Assembly: GCF_027921745.1 (NCBI RefSeq)
Contig: NC_079240.1
Coordinates: 1,426,001-1,490,000 of the forward strand
Origin: Schizosaccharomyces osmophilus
Taxonomy: Eukaryota
Length of the DNA: 64,000 nucleotides
Reading direction: 5' to 3'
In this document: positions 59,609 through 64,000 of the stretch, piece after piece
Numbering within the stretch: position 1 is the stretch's first letter
Layout of the letters: every line of letters begins with the position of its first letter
Notes under the pieces: generated by a model
The model's input: only the letters and a program-made list of their open reading frames with translations
Database searches by the model: none
Told to the model about the DNA's origin: nothing
Made by a program: the position numbers and the translations under genes

Positions 59609-62600
59609 ATGTTTTCTCAAAGGCAACTTCAGCGATGTCTTTTACGGACGCGATTTTGTAGAGTTAATGTGCGTGGTCGGCGGCTAATACAAACGGAGTC
59701 ATTGCAAAGTGCTGAGGAAAATGTGAATGTATACAAGCCCATTCTTCCTTCCAAGAAGTATGAATTCAAAATTAATACAGATCAAAAGTCAGAAATGGTG
59801 AGTCTGTATGAGGCATGTGTATTCACGAATGATTTTGTCCGTTCAGCACAGCTTCTGGGGCGCATAGCTGGTTATAATGCAATGGATGAAAATATGTACC
59901 CATACATTGAATTATATCTACGGCACCTAATCAATTCCGGGAGTTTTACGCTGGATTCTATGATCCGGACAACGAGGGCAATCCTCAAAAAGTCTAAACT
60001 TCCCGGTAATTCCACGATTTATGCATATTATTTTCAAGCGGCCTTATTAAAAGAAGCGGAAGAATCTGGATATCCCGTTTTGCATCGAATGGCTGTCGAA
60101 TGGAGATACAGAAAAGGTAGAGTCGTCGATATTCTATCCCAGACGTCAGTACTAAACAGCGAGCAAATTCAAAAAATTATTAGAATCCTTAATATCCCTT
60201 TAGAATCCTTATCCAGTAACCAACTAGCCCTTTTTGGTTTTCAGCCGTCGAATTTAGCCGAAAAGGATACTGTAAGAAATACAGCAGAAGAAGAAGAATC
60301 CCAGCCAAAGGCCGTACCTGCAACTGAACATGTTTACATTGATAAAATAAAAAGTAAAGGAATGCGTTTGAGTGCCCTACTAAAATCACTAAACAACATT
60401 TCTGTTAGTCCTGAAAACTTACCAGTGGATGAAGTATCTTTGGAAAAGGTACCTAGCTCGGAGCTTGTCAATTTGGCGAGGCAAAAGCTTCTGGAGAAAT
60501 CTGCCGTTGCTTCTGCTATTGATTTGTGGAAGGCTGAGTATGAAGATACTTTCCATCGTGGAGGAGCTTTACCCAAAAACAAAGAAGCTTCTGCCTTATT
60601 TTACCAGTGGTATACAGAACTCAAGGAGATGTTCAACCAGGAGAATAAACGCCTTGACGCTTTTTATCATAGAATCGAAACAAACGCAGGCAACCCATAT
60701 ATAGCTGAGGGCTTTTGCGGCCCTTTTCTGAAGCTTCTAAAAACGGAAAAACTTGCTGCTTTAACGATTATAGAAGTAATTCGCTCTATTTCTTCAATTT
60801 CAAGTCAAGAGGAAGTTGAGGAAACGCACGGGGTTTTGATTTCTCGTTTAACTGATGCTGTTGGACGGAGTTTTGAACGTGAATTCTTATCCGAACGTAT
60901 ACAAGTAGAAGAAAGAGAGGGAAAGCTTCGCATAAGAGACAATTTAAAGTATGTTTTTAATAATCCTCGTGCATTTAGAGCTGCTGTGAAAGAGTTGAGG
61001 CGTAATGCCGATGAGAACGACGGTAAATGGAAGCATGCTTTGGAAAGCTGGCCAAGATATGTTACCACCAAGATTGGTGCAATTGCAGTGTCATTGTTCT
61101 TACAGGCTGCTAAAATGGATATTAAATTTAAGCGCCCGGATACCGGGGACAATACAAAAGAATCTGTATTTGCTTTCGCTCATACCTATCAATATATTCA
61201 TGGAAGGAAGTCTGGTGTACTTCGTCCCAGAGTTGAGCTCTTAAAATTAATAGCAAGTGAATTCCAAAATCCTCTTATCCATCCACAAATGCTCCCAATG
61301 TTGGTACGTCCCAAACCATGGGTGCAATGGGACAAAGGAGGTTATTATTACTCTCGAGAGTCGATAATCCGTTTGAAGGGCTGTACTGAGCAGTTAGATT
61401 ATGTTAAGGAAGCTTCCCGTAAAGGTCATCTTAAGAAAGTCTATAACGCGTTAAGCGCACTTGGTGATGTGGACTGGAGAGTTAATCGCTTCACGTTTGA
61501 TGTTATAGTTAAAATCTGGAATTTAGGTGAAGGTATGCTCAGTATTCCTCCCAAAAATGTAGAGGTGAATCTTCCTCCTTATCCAAAGCAAGCCCTCAAT
61601 CCGAATGATCGTGTAGCATGGTACAGCCTTAGGGATAAACTTTCTAGGGAAAAGGCAACTGCCCACTCACAACGCTGTGATTTTAACTACAAACTTGAAA
61701 TCGCTAATTCATATTTAAATGAAAGATTCTATTTTCCTCATAACATGGATTTCCGAGGAAGAGTATACCCAATCTCTGCACATTTACACCATGTAAACAA
61801 TGACTTTTGTCGTGGTTTACTAGAGTTCGCTGAGGGAAAGCCATTAGGTCCTAATGGGCTTAGTTGGCTGAAAGTTCATTTGGCAAATTTGTTTGGTATC
61901 AGTAAAGTTGATTATGCTAGTCGTCAAAAGTTCGTGGATGACAACATTGAACAAGTTTTTGATTCGTATGATCATCCTTTGGAAGGACGCAAATGGTGGA
62001 CGTCTGCTGAAGATCCTTTTCAAGCTCTTGCGGCAATTGCAGAAATCGCAAGAGCAACACGCTCCGGAAACCCCGAAAATTACGTTTGTCACGTCCCAGT
62101 GCAGCAAGATGGAACCTGTAATGGATTACAACATTATGCTGCCCTAGGAAGAGATCCCGATGGTGCTCATGAAGTTAATCTGTCTCCAAACGATCGGCCT
62201 AAAGATGTCTATGATGCAGTAGCTAAGATTGTGATAAGCAGATTGGAACAAGAGTCTGCCAAAGGTGATGAATTGGCCACCGCTTTGAAAGATAAAATCG
62301 ACAGAAGTGTTGTGAAACCTACGGTTATGACTAACGTTTACGGTGTTACTTATGTGGGTGCCAAAAATCAGATTATCAGTCAGTTGGAAAAACGAGGAGA
62401 TATTCCTAAAGATATGCTCAACAACTATTCTAGTTATTTGACTAAAATGGTGTTCCGAGCCCTTCGTGCTTTATTTGAAAGAGCTCATGAGATTCAAGAT
62501 TGGCTGTCTACTTGTTCGTACCTTATTTCAAATTCTTTGCCGGCAGAATATATTAAGGAAGGTCATAAGGATAAACTGACGCCCACTATTTGGACGACTC

Positions 62601-63112
62601 CCCTTGGGTTTCCTATTATCCAGCCTTATAGGAACTTTAAAAAACGACAAGTACAGACAAACTTACAATCAGTTTGTATTGAAGATAGGGATAGAGTAGC
62701 TTCCGTTGAACCTAGAAAACAAGCTGCTGCTTTTCCTCCCAATTTTGTACATTCTTTAGACGCGACACATTTGTTTATGACATGTTTGAAAGCCAAGGAA
62801 GCGAAGATAACCTTTGCTTCTGTCCATGACTCTTACTGGACCCATGCTTGCGATGTCGAACAGTTAGGTAGTTTGTTGCGACAAGCTTTTGTTGAATTAC
62901 ATTCACAGAAAATTATGGAAAAGCTGAGAAATGAGTTTCGAAAGCGATATAAGAACTTTATGATTTCTAAAGACATTGCAAGGAGGTACGATTTGTTTAT
63001 ATCTTCTGAAGATGCTGATAAAAAATGGGTGCCACTTAAAATCCCACTTCTACCCTCACAGGGTACTTTTGATTTAACAAAAGTTTTGGAAAGTAAATAT
63101 TTCTTTTCGTGA
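59609..63112 (+). CDS. rpo41: Mitochondrial T7-like RNA polymerase
   Basis: Basic N-terminal targeting peptide, PMLVRPKPW, PHNMDFRGRVYP, QQDGTCNGLQHYAAL, RSVVKPTVMTNVYG, PPNFVHSLDA, SVHDSYWT. Confidence 0.97.
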   Translation: MFSQRQLQRCLLRTRFCRVNVRGRRLIQTESLQSAEENVNVYKPILPSKKYEFKINTDQKSEMVSLYEACVFTNDFVRSAQLLGRIAGYNAMDENMYPYIELYLRHLINSGSFTLDSMIRTTRAILKKSKLPGNSTIYAYYFQAALLKEAEESGYPVLHRMAVEWRYRKGRVVDILSQTSVLNSEQIQKIIRILNIPLESLSSNQLALFGFQPSNLAEKDTVRNTAEEEESQPKAVPATEHVYIDKIKSKGMRLSALLKSLNNISVSPENLPVDEVSLEKVPSSELVNLARQKLLEKSAVASAIDLWKAEYEDTFHRGGALPKNKEASALFYQWYTELKEMFNQENKRLDAFYHRIETNAGNPYIAEGFCGPFLKLLKTEKLAALTIIEVIRSISSISSQEEVEETHGVLISRLTDAVGRSFEREFLSERIQVEEREGKLRIRDNLKYVFNNPRAFRAAVKELRRNADENDGKWKHALESWPRYVTTKIGAIAVSLFLQAAKMDIKFKRPDTGDNTKESVFAFAHTYQYIHGRKSGVLRPRVELLKLIASEFQNPLIHPQMLPMLVRPKPWVQWDKGGYYYSRESIIRLKGCTEQLDYVKEASRKGHLKKVYNALSALGDVDWRVNRFTFDVIVKIWNLGEGMLSIPPKNVEVNLPPYPKQALNPNDRVAWYSLRDKLSREKATAHSQRCDFNYKLEIANSYLNERFYFPHNMDFRGRVYPISAHLHHVNNDFCRGLLEFAEGKPLGPNGLSWLKVHLANLFGISKVDYASRQKFVDDNIEQVFDSYDHPLEGRKWWTSAEDPFQALAAIAEIARATRSGNPENYVCHVPVQQDGTCNGLQHYAALGRDPDGAHEVNLSPNDRPKDVYDAVAKIVISRLEQESAKGDELATALKDKIDRSVVKPTVMTNVYGVTYVGAKNQIISQLEKRGDIPKDMLNNYSSYLTKMVFRALRALFERAHEIQDWLSTCSYLISNSLPAEYIKEGHKDKLTPTIWTTPLGFPIIQPYRNFKKRQVQTNLQSVCIEDRDRVASVEPRKQAAAFPPNFVHSLDATHLFMTCLKAKEAKITFASVHDSYWTHACDVEQLGSLLRQAFVELHSQKIMEKLRNEFRKRYKNFMISKDIARRYDLFISSEDADKKWVPLKIPLLPSQGTFDLTKVLESKYFFS

Positions 63113-63584
63113 GAATATTTAAATTTTTGGGTCTGAAGTGTACAAAGCGTCAACGCTTCTCCGTAGGTATATATATGCATGATTGAATTTCTTTTTTTTT
63201 TTGTTTCAAGAAAGAAAAAAAAATTGTGGGCTCCGGTTGTACAAAAAATAATCTTTCCTTTTTTAATTTTTAATAAAGCGAAACTAATTGATGGTGGATA
63301 CATAGTTAATACATCATTTTTGTATATTATATTCAATGGAATTCATTGCTACTGGCTTTAATCTGTATTCGTACTTTGAAACCAAAGAATTCATTTCTTG
63401 GTGAAAAGTAGCTCCCAAAACCCGCAATGATAGACAGACAGGTTGGAGTCGAAAAACGAATAGGCATCGTAATGAAAAAGTTGCATAGAGCAATAAGAAC
63501 AATAAACAGATAGACGAGCTAGACAATGAACGGACAAAAAGTTTTAAGTAAGCATGCAAATTAAGCACAGTGATTATTTTTATT

Positions 63585-64000
63585 CTAAACAACTTCATCC
63601 ATCAGACGTTGTTGAAGCTCAATATTTTCTAAGAAGCGATTAGCATGATTCCTTAAGTAAGTGCGATTAGCAGCGAAAATGTAAGGTTTCATCAAAATAC
63701 GGGTTAAACGACCCATGAAGGAGCTTGGCAGAGATTGAGGTCGGATTCCAGAGTCGACGATTAATTTATTAGAGTAGGAAAGGGTGATTAAAGTAAAATA
63801 CAGCTTTAAAGAGGTGAAAAAGGTGAGTAAAAGTAAAGAAGGAATAGATTCCGCTTCAAAAAACACAGCCCAAAGACTCGTTGGCTGTTCGGATTCCGGC
63901 ACACCTTTAGCTGATTGAGAAGAAATCAGTACTTTAGCAAACCAACTCAACGCAAACAAGACGGTGAAGGCGACATTTAAAAAAAAGTCGAGTGCATAGG
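63585..64000 (-). CDS. kei1: IPC synthase regulatory subunit Kei1-like membrane protein, 3' part; 5' end outside the window
   Basis: Frame is open to the window edge: YALDFFLNVAFTVLFALSWF...ESIPSLLLLTFFTSLKLYFTLITLSY, a Kei1-like pattern. Name supported by recalled synteny. Confidence 0.65.
   Translation of the reverse strand, partial: YALDFFLNVAFTVLFALSWFAKVLISSQSAKGVPESEQPTSLWAVFFEAESIPSLLLLTFFTSLKLYFTLITLSYSNKLIVDSGIRPQSLPSSFMGRLTRILMKPYIFAANRTYLRNHANRFLENIELQQRLMDEVV

Overview
A gene-dense, AT-rich fungal euchromatic segment from a fission yeast. The proteins, the short GT..CTAAY..YAG introns and the Homol D/E promoter boxes point to Schizosaccharomyces. The proteins are clearly diverged from S. 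pombe, so an octosporus/cryophilus/osmophilus-type species is likely (inference). About 31 protein-coding genes follow the order I recall for the S. pombe chromosome I SPAC19G12-SPAC23A1-SPAC26H5 region: tpp1 (partial), adg2, ted1, apt1, mnl1, tsc3, cmk2, RING E3, rpl34, rbm8, eEF1A, rpl16, frs1, Cys/Met PLP enzyme, sec20, rtr1, bbc1, mrp51, hrq1, mgs1, pcf2, gid5, mga2, pot1, Ptm1-like 7TM, bgl2, Gfo/Idh/MocA oxidoreductase, tif51, mug56, rpo41, kei1 (partial). I resolved exon structures by hand. I recognised no transposon, tRNA, rRNA or CRISPR array. The most interesting unexplained signals are at the RNA level: (i) a 232-nt intron with competing pairings, one of which would hide its own 5' splice site; (ii) a structured, probably spliced minus-strand transcript candidate behind a Homol D box between mga2 and pot1; (iii) hairpin-folded long introns in pot1 and cmk2; (iv) a protein-silent candidate intron overlapping the stop codon of the EJC gene rbm8/Y14. 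At the protein level, Bbc1 apparently lacks its SH3 domain and the RING E3 looks like a Pex2. All pairings were found by eye and need computational and experimental testing.
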